Shown here: one piece after another, positions 24,301 through 36,796 of the stretch
Layout: each line of letters begins with the position of its first letter
How positions within the stretch are numbered: the stretch's first letter is position 1
NCBI GenBank assembly: GCA_949358305.1
Contig: OX442314.1
Location: 4,836,001-4,900,000 of the forward strand
DNA length: 64,000 bases
Direction of reading: 5' to 3'
Source of the DNA: Strigamia acuminata
Taxonomy: Eukaryota
Notes under the pieces: generated by a model
Told to the model about the DNA's origin: nothing
Seen by the model: the letters and a program-made list of their open reading frames with translations, nothing else
Database searches by the model: none
Translations under genes and position numbers: made by a program

Positions 24301-27300
24301 CCATGCAAAAATGCAAAAATTTGAATTAATACACAAAAAAAACATTATTTTTCCATGCAAAAATGGAAAAATTTGAATTAATACACAAAAAAAAAATCAT
24401 TTTTCCATGCAAAAATGCAAAAATTTGAATTAATACACAAAAAAAACATTATTTTTCCATGCAAAAATGGAAAAATTTGAATTAATACACAAAAAAAAAA
24501 TCATTTTTCCATGCAAAAATGCAATAATTTGAATTAATACATAAAAAAAAACATTTTTCCATGCAAAAATGCAAAAATTTGAATTAATACACCCAAAAAA
24601 TGCATTTTTTTTTATGCAAAATGCGTTTTTTGATGCAAAATGGATTTCTTTCCTCATGCTTAAAATACATTTAATATATTGTTTCAGTATCGAATAGTCA
24701 ATCATCGGATTTTTCATTGTCGAACCAGTTTTGTTTACGTCCCGATCAATACGACATCGTCTTGTGCGTCGACAATTGTGAAACGGCGAGCGGGTGCGTT
24801 GGAATTGACGTTTGACGTTAATAACACCGCTAAACTAACATTTCGTTTTTCTAGGGAACCCAACAGTCGTCGATTGATGGTCCAAAACGATCTGCGCAAA
24901 AATGGCGTCACGTTTGACATTCGCAAACTACACGTGGGCGATTACGCGTGGATCGCGCGAGAAAAAGTGGCTTTGGTGCCCGGGCAGTTGCGGTTGCCGC
25001 GAGGGCGGGAGTTGGTGTTGGATTACGTCGTCGAGCGCAAACGAATGGACGATTTGGCCGGGAGTATTAAAGATGGCCGTTTTCACGAACAGAAAGTAGT
25101 TTGTTTGGGTTGGTTGTGGTTTGTTGGGGGTTGATTTTTGGTTTTGTTTTTTTAGTTTCGGTTGAAAGAGTGCGGATTGCGTCATCCGATTTATTTGGTG
25201 GAGGATTTTGGAGCGACTTCGTTGCCGGAATCCACTTTGATTCAAGCTGTCAGCAATACGCAGGTAAGTGGGGAAATTGGTTACTTGGAAAATGAATTTT
25301 TTTTAATTTTTTGATCGGGAAAATGAATTTTTGATCGGAAAAATGAATTTTTGATCGGAAAAATGAATTTCTGACATCGGAAAATCAATTTTTGATTGGA
25401 AAAATGATTTTTTTTATCGGAAAAATGAATTTTTTGATTGGAAAAATGAATTTTTTTATCGGAAAAATGAATTTTTTGATTGGAAAAATGAATTTTTTGA
25501 TTGGAAAAATGAATTTTTTGATTGGAAAAATGAATTTTTTGATTGGAAAAATGAATTTTTTGATTGGAAAAATGAATTTTTTGATTGGAAAAATGAATTT
25601 TTTGATTGGAAAAATGAATTTTTTGATTGGAAAAATGAATTTTTTGATTGGAAAAATGAATTTTTTGATTGGAAAAATGAATTTTTTGATTGGAAAAATG
25701 AATTTTTTGATTGGAAAAATGAATTTTTTGATTGGAAAAATGAATTTTTTGATTGGAAAAATGAATTTTTTGATTGGAAAAATGAATTTTTTGATTGGAA
25801 AAATGAATTTTTTGATTGGAAAAATGAATTTTTTGATTGGAAAAATGAATTTTTTGATTGGAAAAATGAATTTTTTGATTGGAAAAATGAATTTTTTGAT
25901 TGGAAAAATGAATTTTTTGATTGGAAAAATGAATTTTTTGATTGGAAAAATGAATTTTTTGATTGGAAAAATGAATTTTTTGATTGGAAAAATGAATTTT
26001 TTGATTGGAAAAATGAATTTTTTGATTGGAAAAATGAATTTTTTGATTGGAAAAATGAATTTTTTGATTGGAAAAATGAATTTTTTGATTGGAAAAATGA
26101 ATTTTTTGATTGGAAAAATGAATTTTTTGATTGGAAAAATGAATTTTTTGATTGGAAAAATGAATTTTTTGATTGGAAAAATGAATTTTTTGATTGGAAA
26201 AATGAATTTTTTGATTGGAAAAATGAATTTTTTGATTGGAAAAATGAATTTTTTGATTGGAAAAATGAATTTTTTGATTGGAAAAATGAATTTTTTGATT
26301 GGAAAAATGAATTTTTTGATTGGAAAAATGAATTTTTTGATTGGAAAAATGAATTTTTTGATTGGAAAAATGAATTTTTTGATTGGAAAAATGAATTTTT
26401 TGATTGGAAAAATGAATTTTTTGATTGGAAAAATGAATTTTTTGATTGGAAAAATGAATTTTTTGATTGGAAAAATGAATTTTTTGATTGGAAAAATGAA
26501 TTTTTTGATTGGAAAAATGAATTTTTTGATTGGAAAAATGAATTTTTTGATTGGAAAAATGAATTTTTTGATTGGAAAAATGAATTTTTTGATTGGAAAA
26601 ATGAATTTTTTGATTGGAAAAATGAATTTTTTGATTGGAAAAATGAATTTTTTGATTGGAAAAATGAATTTTTTGATTGGAAAAATGAATTTTTTGATTG
26701 GAAAAATGAATTTTTTGATTGGAAAAATGAATTTTTTGATTGGAAAAATGAATTTTTTGATTGGAAAAATGAATTTTTTGATTGGAAAAATGAATTTTTT
26801 GATTGGAAAAATGAATTTTTTGATTGGAAAAATGAATTTTTTGATTGGAAAAATGAATTTTTTGATTGGAAAAATGAATTTTTTGATTGGAAAAATGAAT
26901 TTTTTGATTGGAAAAATGAATTTTTTGATCGGAAAAATGAATTTTTTGATCGAAAAAATATTTTTTTTTTTCGGGAAATGAATTTCTGACATCGGATAAA
27001 TTAATTTCTGATCGAAAAAATGAATTGTTAATCGGAAAAATGAATTTTTGATCGGAAAAATCATTTTTTTGATCGGAAAATGAATTTTTGATTGGAAAAT
27101 AATCGGAAAATTAATTTTTTATCAGAAAATGAATTTTTGATTGAAAAATAAATTTTTGTTTGGAAAATTGATTTTTTTGATTGGAAAAATCAATTTTTTG
27201 ATTGGAAAAATGAATTTTTTGATTGGAAAAATGAATTTTTTGATTGGAAAAATGAATTTTTTGATTGGAAAAATGAATTTTTTGATTGGAAAAATGAATT

Positions 27301-28932
27301 TTTTGATTGGAAAAATGAATTTTTTGATTGGAAAAATGAATTTTTTGATTGGAAAAATGAATTTTTTGATTGGAAAAATGAATTTTTTGATTGGAAAAAT
27401 GAATTTTTTGATTGGAAAAATGAATTTTTTGATTGGAAAAATGAATTTTTTGATTGGAAAAATGAATTTTTTGATTGGAAAAATGAATTTTTTGATCGAA
27501 AAAATATTTTTTTTGATCGAAAAAATATTTTTTTTGATCGAAAAAATATTTTTTTTTTTCGGGAAATGAATTTCTGACATCGGATAAATTAATTTCTGAT
27601 CGAAAAAATGATTTTCTGATCGGAAAAATGAATATTTGATCGGAAAAATGATTTTTTGATCGGAAAATGTATTTCTGACATCGGAAAAATGATTTTTTGA
27701 TCGGAAAAATTGATTATTTTTCTCAAAATATTATATTCTTTTTAAATTAAATTAATTTTTTTGACAGGTTATTGACGGTTTCCTAATCAAACAAACGAAA
27801 AACGTATCTGAATCGGTCACTTTCCTCACAATCATGACCCGCTACCTCCAAAGTTTATACTCCGTAAGAAATGCACAATTTAACTCACCATCCAAAAAAT
27901 AACAAAAAATAACAAAATCCATTCAGACTAAAACTCTGAAAAGTTGTTCCAAGGAAATGGCAGCAACCAAACCCATCACATCAAACTTATTCATGACCTT
28001 CGAAGAATTCAACACTTCATCCATGAAAAATAAGGTGAAAATTAAAAATTATTAACAAAATGAACGATTTTAATTTCCATTGGTTTACACAGGACCTGAC
28101 CGTTCGTGACGTATTCGTCAAACAACTTTTACAGTTACAGGGCCTTTCTATTGACAAAGCCGTAGCAATCATCGAGAAATATTCTACTCCATCCAGGTGT
28201 TTTATTTTTACAAATAATTGTACAATCCTCACAAATTCGACTGTAAATTAATCATTAGTTGTGGGCAGTGTTGTTTAATTAACGTTTCTGGTGCAGTTTT
28301 TACTGGTTTTTCATTTGGCATTTTATAGCGAAAACATCGATTTTATGGCTAAAAACATCGATTTTATGGCAAAAACATCGATTTTATAGCAAAAACATTG
28401 ATTTTATAGCCAAAAACATCGATTTTATAGCTAAAACATTGATCTTATATCCAAAACATTGATTTTATAGCTAAAAACATCTATTTTATAGCTGAAAACA
28501 TCTATTTTATAGCTAAAAACATCTATTTTATAGCTAAAAACATCTATTTTATAGCCAAAACATCGATTTTATAGCTATACACATTGATCTTATAGCAAAA
28601 ACATCGATTTTATAACTAAAAACATCGATTTTATAGCGTTTTTGATGATCAGAAACAATTCAGAAAAATTCTAACTCATTTTGTAATTTTTTTTTAGTTT
28701 AATCGAAGCTTACAAGCAATGCGAGTCTGAAAAGGAAAAAGAAAATCTGCTTTCAAATTTAAAATTCGGACTAAACAAAAGGTATCGGGAAAAATAAAAT
28801 GCGTAATTTTAGATTTTAATATTTAAAAAAATAAATCGAATATTCAAACAATTCCAAATTGCTTGCAGAAACGTCGGGCCTCTCATAAGCAAAACTTTTT
28901 ATCGTTTTTACACACAATCATCATTGGTTTGA
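21340..28932 (+). CDS. MUS81: Crossover junction / structure-specific endonuclease subunit MUS81, 16 coding exons, ~665 aa
   Basis: Hand-spliced exons: 21340-21550, 21631-21687, 21745-21929, 22607-22687, 22750-22838, 22899-23120, 23184-23257, 23314-23481, 24688-24793, 24855-25095, 25156-25263, 27768-27863, 27927-28034, 28093-28196, 28698-28781, 28869-28932 (1998 nt, all GT-AG). Domains: N-terminal HhH ([17 protein letters not shown]), winged helix ([20 protein letters not shown]), ERCC4 nuclease ([38 protein letters not shown]), C-terminal HhH ([16 protein letters not shown]). Confidence 0.96.
21995..22500. repeat. Intronic 20-bp minisatellite GAAAATGCAATTTTATCGCT
   Basis: MUS81 intron 3. 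Confidence 0.95.
23690..24600. repeat. Intronic 30-31-bp then ~52-bp minisatellite (CATGCAAAAATGCAAAAA)
   Basis: MUS81 intron 8. Confidence 0.95.
25310..27712. repeat. Intronic 21-bp satellite GATTGGAAAAATGAATTTTTT
   Basis: MUS81 intron 11. About 70 perfect copies, then a second shorter block. Confidence 0.98.
28320..28637. repeat. Intronic 20-21-bp minisatellite AAAACATCGATTTTATAGC
   Basis: MUS81 intron 14. Confidence 0.9.
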
Positions 28933-31900
28933 AGATATCGTAGGAAACAAACTATTTTTAAAATAATTAATTGATGTAAATATTTTTAGAATTAAAATAA
29001 TTAAACACAAACAAACCGAAAAACAAAATCTTACAAAATGGCCACAGGAGGTGGCGCCATCTTGATTTCGTCATGTGAACTAATTTTGGGCAAATTCAAA
29101 AACGACCTAATTTCGAAAACATCAAATATCTCGAAAATCAGAAACTTCAGACAACAAAAAAATCATTTTTTGTTCCTTTTCACCGGCAGATACACGAAAA
29201 GAAAAGCGAACGAACATTTGACGGGACTCGCCTCGCATCTCGGCCGAGCTTGATGCGCCACGCGCGGCTGATGCTAACACTGATTACCGTACATCGAGAT
29301 CCGCCGCGCTAACTCTCGTTTATATCAAATTAATTAACTGGCTTTAATTGAATTAATCTTGATGGCTATTTTCCCAAGATTAGATGTTAAACCAGCAATT
29401 AAATTATCTTGTCACGTCGTGTTTGCATTTTAGATCGATTACACATCGGATTTTTAACCAAACACGAGAAAGTCGATGAACCAAAATGACCTTATTTTTA
29501 TTTTTATTTTTAATAATAACAAATAAAAACTCTTATGACATTTTGGACCATAGAACGACTCATGGACTAAATATATACAGCTTTTCGTAGCCAAAAATCG
29601 TGGGGAGACATCTTGCAGAAAATGCATTTTTAGGACTAAAAATGGATTTTAGACTAATGAAGTGGGTTATTTAAGGGCAAAAGTAAATTATAGACGGAAT
29701 AATAATCAATATTTTAGATGAAATAATAAATCTTTTAATAATAATAAAATGTATTTATGTGTAAAAATGTATTTTTAAAGCGCAAAAATGTATTTTTTAA
29801 GCGCAAAAATGTGTTTTTTAAACGAAAAAATGGATTTTTTGTCGAAACTTTACTTTTTTAATCTAATATTCCTTTTTTTTGGTCTAAATTTTTTTTTTTT
29901 TGTATAAAATTCTTTTTTTGGTCTAAAATTCTTTTTTTTTGGTCTAAAATTCTTTTTTTTTACTAATTTTTTTTTTTTGGTCTAATATTTATTTTTTAAC
30001 CTCAAAAATTCATTTTTGGACCTCAAAAATTCATTTTTGAACCTCAAAAATGAATTATTGCCCCTAAAAATTGATTTTTGCGCCAAAAATTGAATTTTTG
30101 CACCAAAAATTGAATTTTTTAAACGAAAAAAATAAATTTTAGACAAAAATTGAATTCTTAAACGCAGAAATAGTTTAAAATCCACTTTTCACTCATTTTA
30201 TCTAAAAAAATAAATTCTAATTTCTTCAGAGTCCCTCCGTTACAAGCGCAGGGCCCGTGCCCCGCGCCCCGTGCCCCTTATAGCCTCAACCCGGCCCCAT
30301 CCCAACTGCTCAAACCGAAATCGCGTGACTGTCGTGTCGAAAAGTATTTGAACTTGTTCGCCAAGAATGTAGCAAACCCGACTTCCGCTTGACGTATGAA
30401 TAATAAGCCAACGATAATGGAATTGATATTGATTATAACCGCAAATGCAGATTAGTCGTTAAGATTCCCAGCATTTAATAGCGCGTTAATTAGCACGACA
30501 CTTGAGAACAAAGGAGCCTCGTTCTCGCGCAGCCCCCGCCCGCGCCGCGCCGCGCCATTCCATTCAGCCTCGTTTTGACATTGAATTTATGGCGACTTTT
30601 ATTTGAATGTCGTTCAAGCTTCGTCCCGTCGAATCTGTTAATGAGTCTGAAATTTTATTATCTCCAATCGATTTTTTCTACTCTTTCCTTATCTCTCCCA
30701 CCATTTCTTTTTAATGTCTTATTTGCACTCGCTGCGCCATGACCAATTTGACAGTTTATTTCATCTTTTTGTTGCTCGTCTTATCTCCCATGATTTGTTG
30801 CCAAGTTGTGCACTTGACTGATATGCAAATTAGCCCACATCACACAGTGCAGATAAAACAAGGGCTTTTATCACGTTAGTTAATCGTGCTTTATCGTGTT
30901 GGCCCAATTGTGCGTTTACTTCTTCGGGGCTGGACTGGGAACAAATTTAGTACCGGGAAATCTGGACATGTCGGGCCGCGGGAACAATGGGAAATCTGGA
31001 TAGGTTAGGCCATAACAAAGGGAAAAACCCGTCGGGCCAGTCTGGCACAGCCGATGTTTTGATCTATGGGCCAGGATAGGTCCAGAATTATCACTTGGGC
31101 TCCATTAAGCGGTCCCTACAGGGTCATTTTAAGACCTTCGTAAAGCACTTTGATTTGTAGGGGTTTGTAGGGATTTGAGTGGCCACTGCGGGTCGTAAGT
31201 GAGTACGACATGAATGTAAGGTTAAACCGACCACGTGACCCATTGGGCTCACGCCCAGTGTGTGACGGGTCGGTTGCCGGTGCGGTGTGCATTCGTGGCA
31301 CCCCTGCAACGGGTAACGGGATTCCCCATACCCCTAGACAACATAATAAAGGCAAACCAACCAATATTAGGGAGTCTCCGTTATTTTACGTGAGTATGCG
31401 TCCCACACCAGAGTAATTAGTCCCCTAATTGCCCTGGCGAAGACCATAGCAGTCACAACGTGTGCCAGTCTGTCACACCAGATCAGTTTTACGTTGCGTC
31501 AACATGCCAGAAAGTTAATTTTTTATGTCACAGAATATATCTCGCAGACATTCCAAGACTGGAAAGAAATTTGTGAGGACCAGTTTTTTCTGTAGGCAAA
31601 ATTTCTGTGGGCAGACTGGTTTCCTACGTAGGAAACTGCTTATGAGTACTAAGCTTTAGTGGGGAACTGTGCTCCCAGAAGTAGCTAGTTCATCAATGGG
31701 GCAAAGGGTTGCCACGTGTCTGCAGTTAAGTCTTTACAGAAAGCTTCAAGGCAACCATGTCTAAGGATGCATTTAAGCTGGAACTCTCCGGAATGCGATC
31801 TTAGTAAAACATTTGGAAATTGTTTAATACTGCGAGTGGATGCAGGGGATGCCTAAATAGCGACAGATGCACAACACTGGTTTATTGATTACTGTATTAG

Positions 31901-33292
31901 ACCTTTATTCAGTTGTCTAGGGGTCAGATTCTTATGTCTTTTTTCATTGTTTATGATACAGCAATGTAGCATGTCTGTGACCAATAGGCTGACCGTGCAG
32001 TTAAGGTTAACTGGTCGCTTTGCCCTTGTTCATCAGAATTGGGTCCCTAATTCATTTGTTCCTCACGGTCCTGGAAATGGCATATCGACACATTCCCTAA
32101 GTATCAGCATGGTGAACAAGAGTGGAGGAAAAGCAGAAGTTGGTTCTGCCAACACCAAAGACCTGAGCCGTCAGGTGGGCCGACCGCAGTGCATGGCAGT
32201 GACAGAAGACAAGAACCAAACTGGCCCTCTGGTTGCTTTGCTGCAACTCATTTAGTTAGGGAGCAGTGACCCCTAGACAAACAATAAATGCCACAAACCT
32301 CTTCCATCGAGGTGTGCGTCCATCACTTCCGAAGTGTATTACCGCAAAGCCTGCAAGAGCTAGGTGTCTGTGCTTTTATAAGATGTTAGCGGAAAAGCCG
32401 CTACTCTAATAACAATTTCAATCGACTGCGCCAACACGACAAAAAACCACAATGCCCTAGGTGGATCCTCCATCTATCGAGCACTCTGGTGGTGAAACAT
32501 TGCACGAGGCTGATGCAACTCCGGAAAAGGTGAGTCAGCAGTAAACTCCCAAAATTAATTATTGATTTGATTGCAATTATCATGAGATCATTTAATGCTC
32601 TCATGGCTGATAGATGAATGTGCACAAGTGTTTTTAAGTGGCAAATTTCCAATTGAAAATGTATTGGATTTTCATTGATCTGCATAATTTAAAGTGAAAA
32701 TCAATTGATGAGGGCCCAGAGTGCATCTCAGCACATTGCAGCCTCCAAGAGCAAAACTTTTGCATCAGGTTGTAAATTCTCATTTTGCTCTTGATGAAAT
32801 GTTTGCAATTTATCACGCAAATTTCTCATCTAATGCATTTTCTCTGCCCATTATTCCTATCCACTAAATGGCACTTTATTATCTTTCTTTATCTTGCCTG
32901 TGCAGGAGACCCCTATTTGCATACTTTTTCTGCCAATATGCTAAGAACCTTTGTTGGGGAAAATAATCTGTATAAATAATGTGCAGATTTTGACACCAGA
33001 AGAAACTTGAGCAATTCTTTATTCTGCACTTTTGGTTTGCGGAATACAAAACATCAGTTTTGACTTTTGGTCAAATTTTGGTTGATTGGCTCCACGTATT
33101 GTGTTGTTGAACGCGTGATATATGACATGACCTTGATCGGTCAGTGGGTTTAGTGCGTTAAAAAGAAAGACCAAAGAGCATTGTTTGTGTTATATAAGTT
33201 GTAATTAGTTGTTACGTCGCTTTGGGTTGCTTAGCGACGTCCTGTTGTTGTGCAATGGCGGCATGTATGAGCTGTGTGAATACAATGGACGA

Positions 33293-33325
33293 TGGTAGCA
33301 GAGGATGGTTTCGATCCATCGGCCT
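33293..33325 (-). pseudogene. 3' half of initiator tRNA-Met including CCA
   Basis: Minus strand AGGCCGATGGATCGAAACCATCCTCTGCTACCA matches the metazoan tRNA-iMet T-arm and acceptor end with one mismatch. Confidence 0.8.
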
Positions 33326-33974
33326 AGTGGGAAGGTTGTTGGAAATCGTCGGATTGACGCAAACAATAATCAGCAAGGGTTAAGAGGTTAGGGGTTGTCC
33401 ATAAATTACGTAACACAAATTTTTGAATTTTTAGACCCCGTCCCCCTCTGTAATAAGGTCGTAACAAAACGTCCTCTCTATTAATTATTCTATTATTAAA
33501 TTAATGTTAATGTTATTTGAAGAAACTCTTATAATTTGAGTTGAGTGAAGAGTTTTCCGTGATACATTTACATCGCTCGGTCGGGGTGTAAGTCAAATCC
33601 CCCCGTCGTAACAACTCGTGACAAAGTTTTGGGATAGTGAGTGTAGAAAAATGGTTTTGCATCTTTAATGTTGAGCAATTAAATTGGATCAGTTGTCAGC
33701 TCAGTTGACATTAACAAGGTGGAATTACAAGGCTGGTTTTGGGTTGGTTTTTGGTTATTCATATTTCTGTTTGCAAATGGATCAAAGTTAATTGATTAGA
33801 ATTGTGTGCTGCTAATGTGAGGGGAATGGACACAAATTCTCCAATATAATTTTTTTTTTAATATTTATATTTCAAGTTCAGTGGTATTTATGCACCAATT
33901 GTTTTGTGTAATTGCAGAACTTGATGATTGTTTTTTTTGGTATGTCTGGTAAATTGTTTGCAAAAATTGACCTC

Positions 33975-34540
33975 TGGGCTGAAAAATAATGCAGTTTAAT
34001 GCTCAAATAATGAAAGTTTTAGGCTGACAAATGGAATTCTATTCCAAAAGAAGCATTGCTGTGGCTAAAAGTGCAATTTAGGAGCATAAAATCAAAATTT
34101 TAGGCTAAAAATAAAAGTTTTAGGCTACAAATCAAAGGTTTAGGCTTAAAAATCAAAGTTTTAGGCTTAAAAATCAAAGTTTTAGGCAAAAAAGTATAAA
34201 TTCTAGGCTGAAAAATGCAATTCTAGTCTAAAAAAACATTTGTGGCAAAAAGTGCAATTTAGGAGCATAAAAATGCAAGTTTTATGCAGAAAAATCAAAC
34301 TTTTAGGCTGAAAATCAAAGTTTTAGGCCAAAAAATACAAATTCAAGGCTGAAAATCAAAGTTTTAGGCCAAAAAATACAAATTTAAGGCTGAAAATCAA
34401 AGTTTTAGGCCAAAAAATACAAATTCTAGGCTGAAAAATACAATTCTAATCCAAAAAAGTATTTCTGTGGCCAAAAATGCAATTTATAAGCAAAAAATGG
34501 AGTTTCATACCCATTAGGCAAAAAAATCCATTTATAACTT
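33975..34540. repeat. Degenerate ~20-bp array (AAAATCAAAGTTTTAGGC)
   Basis: Direct reading. Confidence 0.8.
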
Positions 34541-34797
34541 AAAATTTTTATTTTTATTTTAATTAAATAAATATTTCCTCTTGCATCAAAGGAAATGCAC
34601 AAAATTTTACTTAAACACATTAAATGGTCCAATTTTTTTCCCAAACAATGTTGTTTACAATTTTTGTAAAACAAAATCAATGGCATTTCTATAAATTTTC
34701 TATGAGCACAGTTCATTATTACTATTATTATTATTATTTTCCTTTTTTGTAAAAGAGGTGATAAATTATAATTTACAGTTCCATATATTAATTTTTA

Positions 34798-36146
34798 TTA
34801 TAGTTCGGACCTAATTACAGGATACGCTCGTTCTGGATTTGTTTGAGAAACAACCTTAATAGTTGAATGGCCTTTTGAATCAATAAAAACCGTTTCCATA
34901 ATTGACAAGTATCCAACTCCAGCCAATGTATTTAATGACACGTTAGCATACACTCTCTTCGAGTTCCTATTAAACCAAATACCATTAAAATTACAATTGA
35001 TTTTGTTGTTATGTTCCTAAAAGAAGGAATGTTACATGCAAGGAACGACTTTGATTAAGAATTGATTTTATTGAACAAACAGAGGTGTTTATATACCCAA
35101 AAATTTTCCTAATTTTCCTAAATTTTTCTAATTTATCTTAAATTTTTTAATATTTTCTAAATTTTTCAACTTTTTTCTAAATTTTTCAACTTTTTTCTAA
35201 ATTTTTCAACTTTTTCCTAAATTTTCCTACTTTTTCCTGGTTTTTCTTAACTTTTTCTAAATTTTCCTAAATTTTCCTAAATTTTTCTGAATTTACCTAA
35301 ATTTTCCTGAATTTTTCTGAATTTTCCTGAATTTTTCTAAATTTTTCTGAATTTCTAAATAATACATTTTTCCTAATTTTTTCTAAATTTTCCTAAATTT
35401 TCCTAAATTTTCCTAAATTTTCCTAAATTTTCCTAAATTTTCCTAAATTTTCCTAAATTTTCCTAAATTTTCCTAAATTTTCCTAATTATTCCTAATTAT
35501 TCTAATTTTTCTTAAATTTTTCTAATAATTCCTAAATTTTTCAAGTTTTTCCTAATTTTTCCTACTTTTTTCTACTTTTTCTTAGTTTTCCTAATTTTCC
35601 TGAATTTTCCTGAATTTTCCCATATTTTCCTGAATTTTCCCGAATTTTCCCATATTTTCCTGAATTTTCCCAAATTTTCCCAAATTTTCTTAAATTTTCC
35701 TAAATATTTCTAATAATTTTTTCTTAAATTTTTAGAAAATATTTCTAAACAATTCATTTTTCCTAACAATTTTTTCTTAAATTTTTAAAAAAATATTCCT
35801 AAATAATTCATTTTTCCTAATTATTTTTTTAAAAATTTAGAAAATATTTCTAAAAAATTCATTTTACCAAAAACCTTCCAAAAAAAAACCCTTCCCTTAA
35901 AAACATCCAATTTCTTATTTACATTTTAGACATCTCCAGACCACTTCAGTCGACTCCCCACCTGACAACTCCAAATAAAAGAAGAAAAACACTGAAACTT
36001 ACACCATGAACACTACTGGGTATTGTGAAATACACTTGCATAGCTTGACACTCAGCTTGAAAAATCACCTTTTTTATATATTTTATTCCAGATCCACCAG
36101 AAAATCCCCATGAATGGAATCTTGTTGGAATATAAATGAGAAGCAT
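34798..36146 (-). CDS. Candidate two-exon small protein of unknown function (>=120 aa)
   Basis: Exon A 36146-36003 ends at a GTAAGT donor (phase 0). Exon B 35016-34798 starts after TTCCTTCTTTTAG, stays open for 72 codons and is followed directly by AATAAA. The 5' end is uncertain because the frame is open further upstream to ~36189. Confidence 0.5.
35100..35870. repeat. 10-bp array TTTTCCTAAA
   Basis: Direct reading. Lies in the intron of the candidate 34798-36146 gene. Confidence 0.9.
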
Positions 36147-36486
36147 CAAGCAAATTACTCCACCAAAAATGCGAATATTAAAATTGTACCTGCATCTCTC
36201 TTGATCGATACTATGTTAACTTAAGGCTGAATTCACAAATATTTACTCCATTCCACTTAAAAAACAAAAAAAACAACAAAAAAATCCTGTTTACATCCCA
36301 TGATGCATTTTTTCTTTTCTTTTTTCCATGTTCCAACGACTCCGATAGACTGCGCGAAGCCGACCGGGGATTTTTCTACAAGTGTCGCAAATTACCCACT
36401 CACAACAAATCAATGTGCTTCTCCTTTCTCTCTAATTAAACCACACATGGAAACTTAACGCAGTCATAAATTTGGCAACCACAATA

Positions 36487-36796
36487 CCGTACTGCCTCGA
36501 TTTAACGCCGGGGCGTTTATTTACTTTTCCAAGTCGACCCCTCCGGCGATTATTCAAAGCCCGGCGATTATTCGCGCCGGGCGTCTAACGAAAAAAAAAG
36601 GTTTTTTTACTGCCGCCACCCAATCATTTACGTTAAATTACCGTATATTCGTCTAAAAAACGTTTAAAACCGGCGTTTAAACAAACCCGGCGTTTATTTA
36701 AGGCCGGCGTTTATTGCCTTTTCGTTCTGAGTTTGCCCGGCGTTTAATCAGGAGCCGGCGTTTAGATACGACCGGCGTTAAATCAAGGCAGTACGG
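36487..36796. mobile_element. Tc1/mariner-superfamily MITE
   Basis: ~24-bp TIRs CCGTACTGCCT(C/T)GATTTAACGCCG, TA duplication on both sides, internal CCGGCG repeats. Confidence 0.85.

Noticed and set aside
23770..24717. Repetitive ORFs (FCIFAWKNS / [10 protein letters not shown])
   Set aside because: Minisatellite translations within a MUS81 intron.
25385..27580. Long ORFs on both strands (559 aa, 529 aa, 152 aa, 142 aa)
   Set aside because: They are translations of a stop-free 21-bp satellite inside MUS81 intron 11.
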